Below, piece after piece: positions 19,058-29,477 of a stretch of 64,000 bases of DNA. Below the pieces are notes generated by a model that had not been told where the DNA came from, searched no databases, and worked only from the letters and a program-made list of their open reading frames with translations. The stretch's first letter is position 1. Each line of letters opens with the position of its first letter. Position numbers and translations under genes: made by a program. This stretch comes from Candidatus Gottesmanbacteria bacterium (GTDB taxonomy: Bacteria > Patescibacteriota > Microgenomatia > JAMCYU01), in the NCBI GenBank assembly GCA_043801155.1, contig JAZDMI010000021.1, forward strand, positions 66,683 to 130,682. The letters run 5' to 3'.

Positions 19058-20143
19058 ATGAAAAAAATATTAGTTATTTGTGGTCCTACAGCTACTGGAA
19101 AAACATCACTTGGGCTTAAACTGGCTAAAAATTTAAATGGTGAACTTGTTTCGGCAGATTCAAGACAGGTTTATCGGGGAATGGATATTGGGACGGGTAA
19201 GGACGTTGGAAATTCCAAATTAATTTCAAATAACATTCTCCCTACATTAAAGTGTAGGGTTTCATCTTTAAAGGAGAATGTTTTCGTTGCTTCAATTCAT
19301 ACCCGAAATGAATTGAGGGGTATTCTTGAAGCGCCGAATAACAAATTTCAAATAGGGTATTATTTATTTAAGAATATAAAAATATGGTTGTTAGATATTG
19401 TCGAACCGGACTACCAGTTTACAGTAGCCGATTATGTTAAGTATGCGGGACTGGTGATTGAGAAAATTTGGCAAAGAGGGAAACTACCTATAATAGTTGG
19501 AGGTACAGGTTTATATATAAAAGGAATAGTTGATGGGATAGATACAATAGGTGTTAAACCGGATTGGGGACTTCGAGAAAAATTAAATACTTATTCAGTA
19601 ATAAAGCTTCAGAATCTTCTAGAGAAAACTTGTCCTGGGCGTAGTCAGAGGATGAATGAATCGGATATAAATAATCCCAGAAGGTTGATAAGAGCAATTG
19701 AGATAGCCATAAAAATCAAAAATCAAAAATCAAAAATCAAAACTACAACTAAAAACTCAAAACGATATGATACCCTAATAATCGGACTCACGGCGTCTTA
19801 TATTACTCTTTATCAAAGAATAGATAAGCGCGTAGATGAAAGAATTGAAAATGGATTAGAAGAAGAGATTAAGAAATTATTAGACAATGGATATAACTGG
19901 GATAATTCTGTTCTGGGAACGACGATTGGATATAAGGAATGGCGGAGAGCAGATAGCTTATGGCAGATTGACGATGAAATAAAAAGTAAAATTATCCAGA
20001 GGTGGAAGTTAGATGAACACGGATATAGCCGGCGACAAATGACCTGGTTTAAGAAAGACGCCCGAGTAAAATGGTTTGATATCTCTTCGCCCGACTGGCA
20101 AGATAGAATAGAAGATTTAGTTAAAAATTGGTATAATACCTAA
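19058..20143 (+). CDS. miaA: tRNA dimethylallyltransferase MiaA
   Basis: ICGPTATGKTSLGLKLA...ADSRQVYRGMDIGTGK. The longer insert segments in this protein are a loose guess. Confidence 0.88.
   Translation: MKKILVICGPTATGKTSLGLKLAKNLNGELVSADSRQVYRGMDIGTGKDVGNSKLISNNILPTLKCRVSSLKENVFVASIHTRNELRGILEAPNNKFQIGYYLFKNIKIWLLDIVEPDYQFTVADYVKYAGLVIEKIWQRGKLPIIVGGTGLYIKGIVDGIDTIGVKPDWGLREKLNTYSVIKLQNLLEKTCPGRSQRMNESDINNPRRLIRAIEIAIKIKNQKSKIKTTTKNSKRYDTLIIGLTASYITLYQRIDKRVDERIENGLEEEIKKLLDNGYNWDNSVLGTTIGYKEWRRADSLWQIDDEIKSKIIQRWKLDEHGYSRRQMTWFKKDARVKWFDISSPDWQDRIEDLVKNWYNT
19711..19738 (+). repeat. heptanucleotide tandem repeat (AAAAATC) x4 inside miaA
   Basis: aaaaatc x4 then aaaac. Encodes KIKNQKSKIK. 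Confidence 0.9.
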
Positions 20144-20153
20144 GACAACGAAT

Positions 20154-21125
20154 ATGCCGACAAAAGTAGAAATATCATCAAGAACGATTCTTTTTACGCT
20201 AGGCACAATAGCCTTGGTGTGGTTTTTACTGGAAATAAGAGAAATAATCTTGCTGCTTTTTCTAGTATTTATTCTTATGGCTGCCCTAAGGCCAACCATT
20301 GATAGGCTTGTAAGATTCCGTATCCCCAAAGTCATTGCTGTTCTTTTGGTTTATCTTGTATTTATATTTTTTATCGGATTATTAGGCGGTTCAATATTAC
20401 CCCAACTAGTTACTCAGACAATTCGCTTCTGGGAAAAATTACCGGAGATTATTAATCGAATAATTCCCTTTGTTCCATTAAATTTTGCATTTATTACCCA
20501 ACAATTATCGCCAGTCGGCGGAGATTTATTAAAGGTGACTTTAGGATTTTTCTCTAATTTTCTGACAATTCTTACAATAATTATTTTAACATTTTATCTT
20601 TTGTTAGAAAGAGAAGATCTTGAAGAAAGCTTTAAGTCATTATTTGGGGAAGAAAAGGGAAATAGAATTATTGAAATACTATGGAAAATAGAAGAAAAAC
20701 TCGGAGCTTGGATAAGAGGCCAAGTTGTGCTGATGTTTCTTATTGGATTGCTGTCTTTTATTGGACTGACGGCCTTGGGTGTTGATTATGCACTTCCCTT
20801 GGCGATTACGGCTGGGCTTTTAGAGATAGTTCCTTTTGTCGGATCAATCATCGCATCTATTCCGGCGATACTTGTAGCATTTGTGGTTTCACCGGTATTG
20901 GCTTTAGCAGTTATTGCCCTATATTTTATTATCCATCAAAGTGAGGGGAATTTAATAGCTCCCACAGTAATGAAAAAGGCAGTTGGTTTACCACCGGTAG
21001 TTACTTTGATTGCTTTGATGATCGGTGCCAAACTGGCGGGAATTTTAGGGGCACTTTTGGCTATTCCGGCGGTAGTTGTTCTTCAGGTAATTCTTCAGGA
21101 ACTTACAATTAAAAAGTCAGATTGA
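20154..21125 (+). CDS. AI-2E family (UPF0118/PerM-like) transporter
   Basis: 323 aa, 8 TM helices. Family motif ...LLEIVPFVGSIIASIPAILVAF. Confidence 0.8.
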   Translation: MPTKVEISSRTILFTLGTIALVWFLLEIREIILLLFLVFILMAALRPTIDRLVRFRIPKVIAVLLVYLVFIFFIGLLGGSILPQLVTQTIRFWEKLPEIINRIIPFVPLNFAFITQQLSPVGGDLLKVTLGFFSNFLTILTIIILTFYLLLEREDLEESFKSLFGEEKGNRIIEILWKIEEKLGAWIRGQVVLMFLIGLLSFIGLTALGVDYALPLAITAGLLEIVPFVGSIIASIPAILVAFVVSPVLALAVIALYFIIHQSEGNLIAPTVMKKAVGLPPVVTLIALMIGAKLAGILGALLAIPAVVVLQVILQELTIKKSD

Positions 21126-21176
21126 GTTTGTTTGTCCACCCCTTTTTTCTTGCCTCATTCATATCAACTTGTAAAG

Positions 21177-21206
21177 TTGACATTCTGAGGCGCGAAATAA
21201 TATAAT
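21177..21206 (+). promoter_or_regulatory. sigma-70-type promoter of RNase P RNA
   Basis: TTGACA (21177) - 18 nt - TATAAT (21201). Confidence 0.6.
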
Positions 21207-21212
21207 AGCCTC

Positions 21213-21657
21213 GTTCTTTGGGAAGTCGGATGGCTACCCGCCAAAATTTGCCCCACGAGCCGTATACTATTAGTATTGAAAAGGCGAGTGGCAAAAATTA
21301 GGCGGGAGGAAAGTCCAGACTGCATAAAGCAGGGGACGGGGTGTAAGCCCCGACGGGAAACCGCTAGTTCTTATATTCTTTACCCACACGTGGAGTATAA
21401 GACAGGTTCTGAATCAACAGGACTTGAGAGCAACAGAGATGAGTGGGTGTGAAACACGGCAATCCTACCTGCAGCAACCGACGACAAAGCCGTTATTATC
21501 CTTGCTTTGGAGAGGCTTGAAGCGCGCGGGCACTGCCACCGAATAGGTGGGGAATTGTGAAAAATCATAATTAGATAGATGGCCATTACCCGCCTGCAAC
21601 GCTTTGCGTAGCAATGCGGGCAGGGAACAGAATCTGGCTTACGAACTTCCCAAGGAA
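21213..21657 (+). ncRNA. rnpB: RNase P RNA (bacterial type A-like, unusually long)
   Basis: P4 strands GGAGGAAAGTCCAGAC (5' side) and ACAGAATCTGGCTTA (3' side). P1 ttgggaagt/acttcccaa. Confidence 0.8.
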
Positions 21658-21665
21658 TACTTTAC

Positions 21666-22013
21666 ATGAGTTTTCTAGAACAGGAAAAAGTCTATTTAAA
21701 ACCTCATCAGAAAAATGGTGTTCAACAAGCCCTACTAGGCAGATTAAATTTAAAAGAATTTGCATACCAACATGGTGAAGAGGCAGCAAAAAGACTTGAA
21801 GAATTAATTAGGTCTATAAAAACAAATCCGCAGTTACCTATAATATTTAATTTCGATCGAAGTGATATTTGTCATCCTGACTGCGAACAAATCCTTAATT
21901 GTGACCCAAATTTAATAAGACCACTCGATAGGGGAGTTCTTCAAGGAATAATTATTGGTAAACCAAGACCAGCCGTAACTTTTTTTCATCTGCCTACTGG
22001 TAAAAACGGTTAG
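21666..22013 (+). CDS. hypothetical protein (115 aa)
   Basis: ORF begins right after rnpB. No recognisable domain. May be spurious. Confidence 0.3.
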   Translation: MSFLEQEKVYLKPHQKNGVQQALLGRLNLKEFAYQHGEEAAKRLEELIRSIKTNPQLPIIFNFDRSDICHPDCEQILNCDPNLIRPLDRGVLQGIIIGKPRPAVTFFHLPTGKNG

Positions 22014-22756
22014 ATTTGAATTTTAGAGAAAAGATAACTACCAATTCCTAAGGCCAAAAGAGAAAGAACACTTAATACTAACAAGCTATTAAAAGCTCCC
22101 AATTGAGAAACACCCGTTAGCGAATATCTTAGCCCATCGACTCCATAAGAAAGCGGATCAATAATCGTTATTACTTTCAAAGCTGGCGGCAATCCTGTTA
22201 AAGGAAATAACGCCCCGGATAAGAAAAATATCGGTTGTACTAAAAAGTTCATTATTAACTGAAAGCCTTGCATATCTTCAAGAGACGAGGCAATTGCCGT
22301 ACCAATAGAAGTAAACAAAATTGCCATTAGAAACATGAATAAAATCGCCAGTGGTAGATGAATTAATGAATACGGTCGGAATCCAACAATAATGGTTAAT
22401 AGCAAAACGACTATTCCCTGAACCGTTGCTACAGTTGCTCCGCCTAGGGTTTTTCCCAACATAATCTGTAAACGAGAAACGGGCGCGACTAAGGTTTCTT
22501 TTAAAAAGCCAAACTGTCGATCCCAGATTACCTGAACACCGGAGAAGATGGCCGTAAATAAAATACTCATAGAAATAACACCCGGGCTTAAAAATTGAAA
22601 ATAATCACCCTGTCCGGCTTTTTTGAAGACCGGGCCTAAACCTAAACCTAATGCTAATAAGAAAAGTAGTGGTTGTCCTAGGGAACCAATAATTCTTGAT
22701 CGTGATCGCAAATAACGTTTCAATTCCCGTAACCACAAAATATAAATTACATTCAT
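22010..22756 (-). CDS. ABC-2 type exporter permease
   Basis: 248 aa with 6 TM. ABC-2 topology. Directly downstream of an ABC ATPase. Confidence 0.75.
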   Translation of the reverse strand: MNVIYILWLRELKRYLRSRSRIIGSLGQPLLFLLALGLGLGPVFKKAGQGDYFQFLSPGVISMSILFTAIFSGVQVIWDRQFGFLKETLVAPVSRLQIMLGKTLGGATVATVQGIVVLLLTIIVGFRPYSLIHLPLAILFMFLMAILFTSIGTAIASSLEDMQGFQLIMNFLVQPIFFLSGALFPLTGLPPALKVITIIDPLSYGVDGLRYSLTGVSQLGAFNSLLVLSVLSLLALGIGSYLFSKIQI

Positions 22757-22774
22757 ATAATTATAAAAATTTTA

Positions 22775-23557
22775 TCAATGCCACATTCTTCTGTGTATTC
22801 TCATTTGATCTAAAGAAGTACCCTTTTCATCTCTGATTGTTTGACCTGTTAATGATAAGAAGGCCTCTTCTAAAGTTTTTTTACCTGTTTGGGATATTAA
22901 TTCTATCGGTGTTCCTTGTCCAACAATTTTTCCGTGATCAATTATAGCTACCCGATGAGCATTTCTTTCTGCCTCTTCAATATATTGAGTGGTAAAAAAG
23001 ATCGTAATCTGTTCAGTTTTATTTAAGTTTCTAACATATTCCCAGATATGATTCCTGGTTTGTGGATCTAATCCAATTGTTGGTTCATCTAAAAAGAAAA
23101 TTTTTGGATGATGCAATAAACCCCTGGCAATTTCCAATCGTCTTTTCATGCCACCGGAAAATGTCTTAACAATATCATTCCTTCGATTCCAAAGTTCGAC
23201 AAATTTTAATAATTCTTCAATCCGTTTCTTGAGAATATCAGAATTAACCTTATAAAGTACGCCGTGGAATTCAAGATTCTCGTAGGCAGTTAATTCATCA
23301 TCAAGACTGGGATCTTGGAAAACAATACCAAAAGTCCGCCGGGCGTTGTCTTGGTCTTTTACCGGGTCAATACCATCTAAGATCAATTGACCGCTGGTTG
23401 GCTGTAAAAGGGTAGTCAACATTTTTATGGTTGTCGTTTTTCCCGCGCCGTTGGGTCCTAAAAAAGCAAAAATTTCTCCCTTAGGAACAACAAAGGATAC
23501 GCCATCAACGGCGCTAAAATTACCGAACTTTTTGACTAAACTTTGTACTTCAATCAT
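22775..23557 (-). CDS. ABC transporter ATP-binding protein
   Basis: Walker A GPNGAGKTT, signature SGGMKRRLEIA, Walker B FFLDEPT. Confidence 0.9.
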   Translation of the reverse strand: MIEVQSLVKKFGNFSAVDGVSFVVPKGEIFAFLGPNGAGKTTTIKMLTTLLQPTSGQLILDGIDPVKDQDNARRTFGIVFQDPSLDDELTAYENLEFHGVLYKVNSDILKKRIEELLKFVELWNRRNDIVKTFSGGMKRRLEIARGLLHHPKIFFLDEPTIGLDPQTRNHIWEYVRNLNKTEQITIFFTTQYIEEAERNAHRVAIIDHGKIVGQGTPIELISQTGKKTLEEAFLSLTGQTIRDEKGTSLDQMRIHRRMWH

Positions 23558-23994
23558 GGTTGGCTACTTGGTTGGGTAGTTGGTTGTCCGCCTCTCATCT
23601 CTGGGTTTAACTGCACATTTTGGGCAGTTAAACTTCCGTCAGAATTGCTAGTGCCAAAAACAGCCACAGTTTCTCCACTTTTTAGATCAGATCTTGATCC
23701 GGTAGCTGATTTACTGATTGTGCTATCATCAGATAATATAATGATTTTACTACTTCCGTCAGGAAGTTTAACAGTTAAATTATTATCGGAAACATCAATA
23801 ATCTGTCCTCTGGCAATATTACCATTGGATCCCGGACCCCCCATGCCTCGTCTAAACTGTCCATTGCCGCCACTAAAGTTAAAGTTTCCTGATCTATTGT
23901 TACTTGCCTGATATTTTGTACCGGCAAAAAATGAACCTGCGGCAATTACCACTAAAACAATTATAAAAATAATTAAATAATTTTTCATATTCAC
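23554..23994 (-). CDS. secreted/membrane-anchored small protein with Gly-rich linker and DUF5666-like beta domain
   Basis: N-terminal TM, GGNGQFRRGMGGPGSNG, then ...LTVKLPDGSSKIIILSDDSTISK...LKSGETVAVFGTSNSDGSLTAQNVQ. ATGA-coupled to the ABC ATPase. Confidence 0.55.
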   Translation of the reverse strand: MNMKNYLIIFIIVLVVIAAGSFFAGTKYQASNNRSGNFNFSGGNGQFRRGMGGPGSNGNIARGQIIDVSDNNLTVKLPDGSSKIIILSDDSTISKSATGSRSDLKSGETVAVFGTSNSDGSLTAQNVQLNPEMRGGQPTTQPSSQP

Positions 23995-24014
23995 CTCCGA
24001 TCATTTAATATTAC

Positions 24015-25094
24015 TTATTTTAAATATTTATCAAAAAACTGTATGGTTCTTTGCATAGCTAATTCGAAATTCGGAGAAGAGATATTATGATCTCCACCCG
24101 GATAATCATAATATTCAACCGTTTTCCCGGCCGATTTTAATTTTTCCTCTAAACTTTGGGAAAAGGCCACCGGTACTTCTTCGTCACTGCCACCGGTATG
24201 TAGCTGTATAGGTGTAGTAATCTCTTTTAGAAAATATGTAGGATCAATAGATTGCCAAAAAGTCGGATTATCAGCCGGAGTACCATGTTCTTTTGTTAGA
24301 CTAGTTCTATGTCGATTGCGTAGAGCCAACTCATTCGGTGGTGGTTGGTAGGTAACTCTTCTTTGCCAATTATTAATTAAATCATTATAAGAGCCGACAA
24401 CTCCTCCCCAAATAACGGCAGCTTTGATATCCTTAGTGTCAACAACAATATCTCTTAAGACAATATTGCCTCCCATTGAATGACCCCACATACCAATTTT
24501 ATTAGGGTCAGCTTCGGGGTATTTTTTAATGGAAAAAAGAGCATTCAGGACATCAGTGGCATAGGCGGGAGAATAATAAGCTCCATCTGGTTGTCCCTGG
24601 GAATTGCCGTTACCGCGATAGTCAGGCTTTAAAATAATATATCCACTTCTGGCTAAAGCATCAACGTAGGCAATGTAGCGTTCAGTTGTCCTATATTGTG
24701 TCGGCGGGATATACCCGTGATTAAAGATAATTACCGGCCAGCCCGCATTGCTGTGCAAAGCGTTGCTGGCGGGCCAGCCATTTTTAGGTTTTGCTTGTTT
24801 TTCAGGAACTGTCATTAAAGCATAGATTTTTAATCCATCTGATAGGTAGGAGACAATATACTGACGGTAATTGGAACCGGGGGTTAAAGTTTGTTCTATT
24901 ATTATTTGACTTCCAGGGTATTGGGTTTTTCTCATCACCTCAATCATCAGGGGATCGCTGGGGGTCTTAATTTGCGCGTCTGCCGGTTTTTCTTCGATGG
25001 GATTTAATTTCGTGAGATAAAATCTTATTCCCAGGCCAGAAACAATCACGATAAAAATAAAAACAAGTGATGCTTTTAAAAGATTATTATTCAT
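24015..25094 (-). CDS. secreted alpha/beta-hydrolase (S9 / dienelactone-hydrolase-like)
   Basis: N-terminal TM/signal. Nucleophile elbow GHSMGG. C-terminal GGSDEEVP...GDH triad region. Confidence 0.8.
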   Translation of the reverse strand: MNNNLLKASLVFIFIVIVSGLGIRFYLTKLNPIEEKPADAQIKTPSDPLMIEVMRKTQYPGSQIIIEQTLTPGSNYRQYIVSYLSDGLKIYALMTVPEKQAKPKNGWPASNALHSNAGWPVIIFNHGYIPPTQYRTTERYIAYVDALARSGYIILKPDYRGNGNSQGQPDGAYYSPAYATDVLNALFSIKKYPEADPNKIGMWGHSMGGNIVLRDIVVDTKDIKAAVIWGGVVGSYNDLINNWQRRVTYQPPPNELALRNRHRTSLTKEHGTPADNPTFWQSIDPTYFLKEITTPIQLHTGGSDEEVPVAFSQSLEEKLKSAGKTVEYYDYPGGDHNISSPNFELAMQRTIQFFDKYLK

Positions 25095-25136
25095 ATCTTA
25101 GGGCTTCAATCCTTCGGCAAGCTCAGGATTTCGGCA

Positions 25137-26360
25137 TTACTCATATCGTAATGCCTCAATTGGACTAAGGTTGGCAGCTTTACGAGCAGGATACCAGCCA
25201 AAGAGAATACCAATTCCGCCGGAGACAGCCAGAGCTAAAGCTACAGCCGTGAGTGAAATAGTAAAAGGGAGGTTTATTAATTTAGAAATTATTAGTGAAA
25301 TAACTAACCCAAAAATCATACCTAAAATACCCCCGACAATGGTTAAAATAACTGCTTCAGTTAAAAATTGGCCTATAACTGTTCTTTTTTTGGCTCCCAA
25401 AGCTTTTCTAAGCCCTATTTCTCTGGTTCGTTCCGTTACCGTCACTAACATGATATTCATAATACCAATACCCCCGACAAGAAGAGAAATAGCGGCAATT
25501 CCTGCCAGAAGAGCGGTAAATGTACTGGTTATCTGAGAGGCGGCGCCTAAAATGTCGGCTTGGGAAACAATCGTAAAATCTGCTTGAGCTGGATCGGAAA
25601 GTTTATGTAGACTTAAAAGTAAATAACCGACTTGATTCTGTGCCTGGGTCATCACGTTTTGGTTTTTTGCTTCAAGGGAAATCGAATTTATATAATCAAT
25701 GCCAAAAATTATTTTTTGAGCGGTAGTTAAAGGAACAAAAACAATATCATCTTGATTAAAAAACCCACTGCCTCCCTTGGACTGGGTAATACCAATAATT
25801 CTATAGGTCTGTTTATTAATTCGTACTGTTTGGCCTATTGGTTCAGAGTTAGTGGGGAAGAGATCGGCTACTACTTGAGGTCCGATGACAGCAACCTTGG
25901 TAAATGAGCCAACATCGTCAGAACTTATAAATCTTCCCGTGGAGATGGTTAGATTATGCACAGCTAAATAAGCATTAGTTGCGCCAATTACTTGGGTATT
26001 GCTATTATTCCCAGCGTTAGAGACTTGGGCTCGTCGGGAAATTTCTGGAGAAACATTGTTTATGGTATTAACCGTAGGCGAAGATAAAATGGCTTTGGCA
26101 TCATCATAGGTTAGGGAAGTATTACTACCGATAGCTCCGCGGATACCCCCGGAAGTCTGAGCTCCGGGAGTAACGGTTAATAAATTTGCTCCCAAAGACT
26201 GAATTTGGTTTTGCACTGATTGCTGACCGGATTCGCCCAAAGAAACCAAAGCAATAACGGCACCAATACCAATGATAATGCCTAGTGTTGCCAAAACCGT
26301 GCGCATTTTATTTAAGGTTAAAGCACTTAAACTTTCTGATAAAAGTTCTGAAAAATCCAT
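25137..26360 (-). CDS. MacB-like ABC permease (FtsX family)
   Basis: 407 aa. TM1, then a large periplasmic domain, then 3 TM. Directly follows its ATPase. Confidence 0.85.
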   Translation of the reverse strand: MDFSELLSESLSALTLNKMRTVLATLGIIIGIGAVIALVSLGESGQQSVQNQIQSLGANLLTVTPGAQTSGGIRGAIGSNTSLTYDDAKAILSSPTVNTINNVSPEISRRAQVSNAGNNSNTQVIGATNAYLAVHNLTISTGRFISSDDVGSFTKVAVIGPQVVADLFPTNSEPIGQTVRINKQTYRIIGITQSKGGSGFFNQDDIVFVPLTTAQKIIFGIDYINSISLEAKNQNVMTQAQNQVGYLLLSLHKLSDPAQADFTIVSQADILGAASQITSTFTALLAGIAAISLLVGGIGIMNIMLVTVTERTREIGLRKALGAKKRTVIGQFLTEAVILTIVGGILGMIFGLVISLIISKLINLPFTISLTAVALALAVSGGIGILFGWYPARKAANLSPIEALRYE

Positions 26361-27052
26361 TAAACTTTCCTCCGTTTTCCGTTGGTATGATCGTCAATAA
26401 TTTTTCCATCTCTAAGAGTAATAATTCTTTTAGCAAACTGGGCTACTTCGGGTTCATGAGTAATCATAATAATCGTATGTCCCCGTTCATTTAACTCTTG
26501 AAAAATATGCATAATTTCCTCGCTTTGAGCGCTGGCGAGATTGCCCGTGGGTTCATCAGCTAAAAGTATGGCCGGATCCATGGCTAAAGCTCTGGCGATA
26601 GCGACTCTTTGTTGTTGTCCTCCGGAAAGTTGGTTTGAAGTATGTTCTATCCGATTAGCTAAGCCTACCATTTCTAACATCTTCATCGCTTTGGAGATAC
26701 GTTGATCTTTGGGAATATTTCCATAAATCATGGGAAGAATGACATTTCTTAGGGCCGTGGTTCTGGGAAGTAGATTGTAGGCTTGGAAAACAAAGCCAAT
26801 TTTTTTATTTCTGATTTGCGCCAATTCATCATCGGAAAGTTGGTTTACTTCTTGTCCATCGAGAATATATTTCCCACTGGTTGGTGTATCCAAGGCTCCT
26901 AAAATATGCATTAAAGTTGATTTACCGCTTCCAGACGGTCCCATAATGGCAGCAAATTCACCCTTTTTAATTTCGAAGGAAACATCACTTAAAGCACTGG
27001 TAGCTGTCTCGCCACCGTCATAAATTTTAGAGATGTGAAAAGCTTTAATCAC
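26360..27052 (-). CDS. MacB/LolD-type ABC ATP-binding protein
   Basis: [38 protein letters not shown]. Confidence 0.9.
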   Translation of the reverse strand: MIKAFHISKIYDGGETATSALSDVSFEIKKGEFAAIMGPSGSGKSTLMHILGALDTPTSGKYILDGQEVNQLSDDELAQIRNKKIGFVFQAYNLLPRTTALRNVILPMIYGNIPKDQRISKAMKMLEMVGLANRIEHTSNQLSGGQQQRVAIARALAMDPAILLADEPTGNLASAQSEEIMHIFQELNERGHTIIMITHEPEVAQFAKRIITLRDGKIIDDHTNGKRRKV

Positions 27053-28346
27053 CTCTAGCGCCGCCCCTAAATGCGCCTCCCCCTCCCACTCCGTCGATTC
27101 TTAAACCGCCGCCAAACGGTGAGGTGGTTGTACCCTGTGTGGTACTAACTGTTCCGGTGACGACTTGGTCGCCTTCATTTAGCCCAGAAATAATTTCTGT
27201 TTGGCTATCAGAAGAAACTCCGGTTTCAACGGGAACTTGAGTTACTTGTCCATTTTTCAAAACCATAACAGAACTTTGACCATTACTATTTTGTATAGCG
27301 GTAGTAGAAACAACTAAGACATCGCTTTTTGTTTGAGTAATGATACTGGCATTAACTGACATATTAGGTAAAACACCATTAGCTTGAGTATCAAACTGGA
27401 TCGTTAAAGGATAAGTAGTGACGCCGGAAGTAACACTTCCGGTATGATCTATGCCGACAATCTTACCCGTAAAAGTTTTATTGGGTAAGGCATCTAAAGT
27501 TAGAGTTGCCTTCTGTCCATTTTGTATTTTAGTTACATCGATCTCCGAGACGGTAAATTGAGCTATGGGTAGCTGGTCGTTTTGAACAGTAGCGATTTTC
27601 TGGGAAGAAACAAGGTTGGTGGCGCTGTTAACGGTATTGGTAATCGTCATGCCGGTAACCATGGTCATGTCATTGATCGTACCCGAAATAGGAGCGGTTA
27701 TTATTGGTGTAAGTGTTTGATAAGAATTAAAAGAAGAAGCTAGGGAAGCTTGCGCTTGGGCAATGACATTTTGCTGATTTTTATATTGAGCTTCGGCCGC
27801 TAACCAATCGTCCTGGGCGATCGTAAATTGCGTTAAGGTACGGTTAGAAATATTCGGACTACCGTCAGAATTCTGAAAAGTAGAGTTAGTCGCAATATCG
27901 GTAAAAGTTTTCCACTTTGAGAATAAAGCTGATTGTAAATTATAGGTTTGTATTTGAGCCTGGGTGAGGGAATTTTGCGCTGAAAGATAAGAAGCCCAAG
28001 CCTGAGAATATTTTTGCTGTCCTTGTTGGTCAAGTGTTAATTCCATTATATTTTGACCGGCTATAACCGGATCGCCATTTTTTACAAAGACATTTTTAAT
28101 CACACCTGAAGCTTGGGTAGTTACCTGCATTGTTCCGGCAGTAACCATTTGTCCAGAGGCGGAAACAGAAGAAACAATCGTGCCCTTTTCTACCCTCGCT
28201 GTTTGATATTCAATTTGTTTTTTACCAAAAAAATTTTTCCAGGAAAAAATCCCTACAGCTATAATTAACACCACCAAAAAGAAAACGGCGATTTTATTAT
28301 TTTTAGCAAAATTTAAGATATTATTGACTATTTTTTTCATATTCAT
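27045..28346 (-). CDS. HlyD/MacA-family periplasmic adaptor (membrane fusion protein)
   Basis: N-terminal TM, coiled-coil hairpin, beta-barrel, Gly-rich C-terminal tail [22 protein letters not shown]. Confidence 0.8.
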   Translation of the reverse strand: MNMKKIVNNILNFAKNNKIAVFFLVVLIIAVGIFSWKNFFGKKQIEYQTARVEKGTIVSSVSASGQMVTAGTMQVTTQASGVIKNVFVKNGDPVIAGQNIMELTLDQQGQQKYSQAWASYLSAQNSLTQAQIQTYNLQSALFSKWKTFTDIATNSTFQNSDGSPNISNRTLTQFTIAQDDWLAAEAQYKNQQNVIAQAQASLASSFNSYQTLTPIITAPISGTINDMTMVTGMTITNTVNSATNLVSSQKIATVQNDQLPIAQFTVSEIDVTKIQNGQKATLTLDALPNKTFTGKIVGIDHTGSVTSGVTTYPLTIQFDTQANGVLPNMSVNASIITQTKSDVLVVSTTAIQNSNGQSSVMVLKNGQVTQVPVETGVSSDSQTEIISGLNEGDQVVTGTVSTTQGTTTSPFGGGLRIDGVGGGGAFRGGARGD

Positions 28347-28388
28347 ATCATAATAAATTACAAATATAGGCTGAGAATAAGCTTAAAA

Positions 28389-29435
28389 TTAAATAAATAG
28401 ACGAGAATGTTTAGCGGGAATTTGAACGGTAAATGTTGTCCCTTTATTGAGGCAGCTTTTAACATCAATAGTTCCTTGGTGCCGATCGATTATCTGTTTG
28501 GCGATTGATAAACCTAGGCCATAACCAGAAACATCAGACTTTGTTCTTGATTTATCTGTTCTATAAAAACGCTCAAAAAGATAGGGGATATCCTTTTGTT
28601 CAATTCCTATTCCCCGATCAGCTATTTTAAAAATAATATTTCTATCATTAGATGATGATGATATGTTAACTTTTGACGATGGGTGGCTATATTTGATTGT
28701 ATTATCCAGAAAAATTACTAACATTTCAGTTAATGCTTGTTTATCACCCTCGAGATTATAATTAGTAGTTTCATTTATTATAGTAATATTATTAGCCCTG
28801 GCTAAACCGGAGACTTTTTTAATTGCTTCAGAGATTATTTCCGCCAAAGCAATATTGGTAATATTTAAACCATTTCCCTTTTTTTGATATTTTATTAACT
28901 TGATTAAACGGTCAGAAAGATTCTGCAAACTATTGGTTTCCTCTAAATTACTTTCTAGTACTCTTCTTGCATCTATTAACGTAAGTTTTTTATTACGTAG
29001 ATTAACCTCAATTTCTGATTTCAATGATGTTATTGGAGTCCGTAGCTCATGAGAAGCATCCGTGATAAAGCGGCTTTGATCATCTAGCATTTCTGCTATC
29101 GGCCGAAGTGTTCTACCGGCAAGGAAGTAACCAGCCAGAGCTGATGTTCCCAAAATACCTGAATTTATAATTAAGAGGATTATCTTTAAGCGGTTTTTTG
29201 TTTCATTGATTATATCCGGATCAAGGATAAAGGTCCTACCAATATCTTGTCTGAGATTAAACGGAGGATAATCGGGTTGGCAAAGATTTATTTCTGACCT
29301 TAATCTTTGCATTCGTTCTACTCTGTCTAATTCAAAAGTTAATACTCTATAGATAATAAGACTAAAAAAAATACTGACAATCATAATAATTGCCAGATAC
29401 CAAGCTGTTAATTTTATTCGAGCCGATCTAAACAT
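28389..29435 (-). CDS. sensor histidine kinase (2 TM, short extracytoplasmic loop)
   Basis: HisKA H-box SHELRTPITSL. HATPase_c N/G boxes. Confidence 0.85.
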   Translation of the reverse strand: MFRSARIKLTAWYLAIIMIVSIFFSLIIYRVLTFELDRVERMQRLRSEINLCQPDYPPFNLRQDIGRTFILDPDIINETKNRLKIILLIINSGILGTSALAGYFLAGRTLRPIAEMLDDQSRFITDASHELRTPITSLKSEIEVNLRNKKLTLIDARRVLESNLEETNSLQNLSDRLIKLIKYQKKGNGLNITNIALAEIISEAIKKVSGLARANNITIINETTNYNLEGDKQALTEMLVIFLDNTIKYSHPSSKVNISSSSNDRNIIFKIADRGIGIEQKDIPYLFERFYRTDKSRTKSDVSGYGLGLSIAKQIIDRHQGTIDVKSCLNKGTTFTVQIPAKHSRLFI

Positions 29436-29477
29436 AAAAATTTTAAAAGTTAAATATTAAAAGACAAATGTTACCTC

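Noticed and set aside
21380-21789. Two minus-strand ORFs (68 and 67 aa) in the ORF track
   Set aside because: They lie inside the RNase P RNA gene and its flank. Conserved P4 sequences explain the region.
25171-25536. 121-aa plus-strand ORF
   Set aside because: Antisense within the MacB-like permease gene. Its low-complexity translation mirrors hydrophobic codons.
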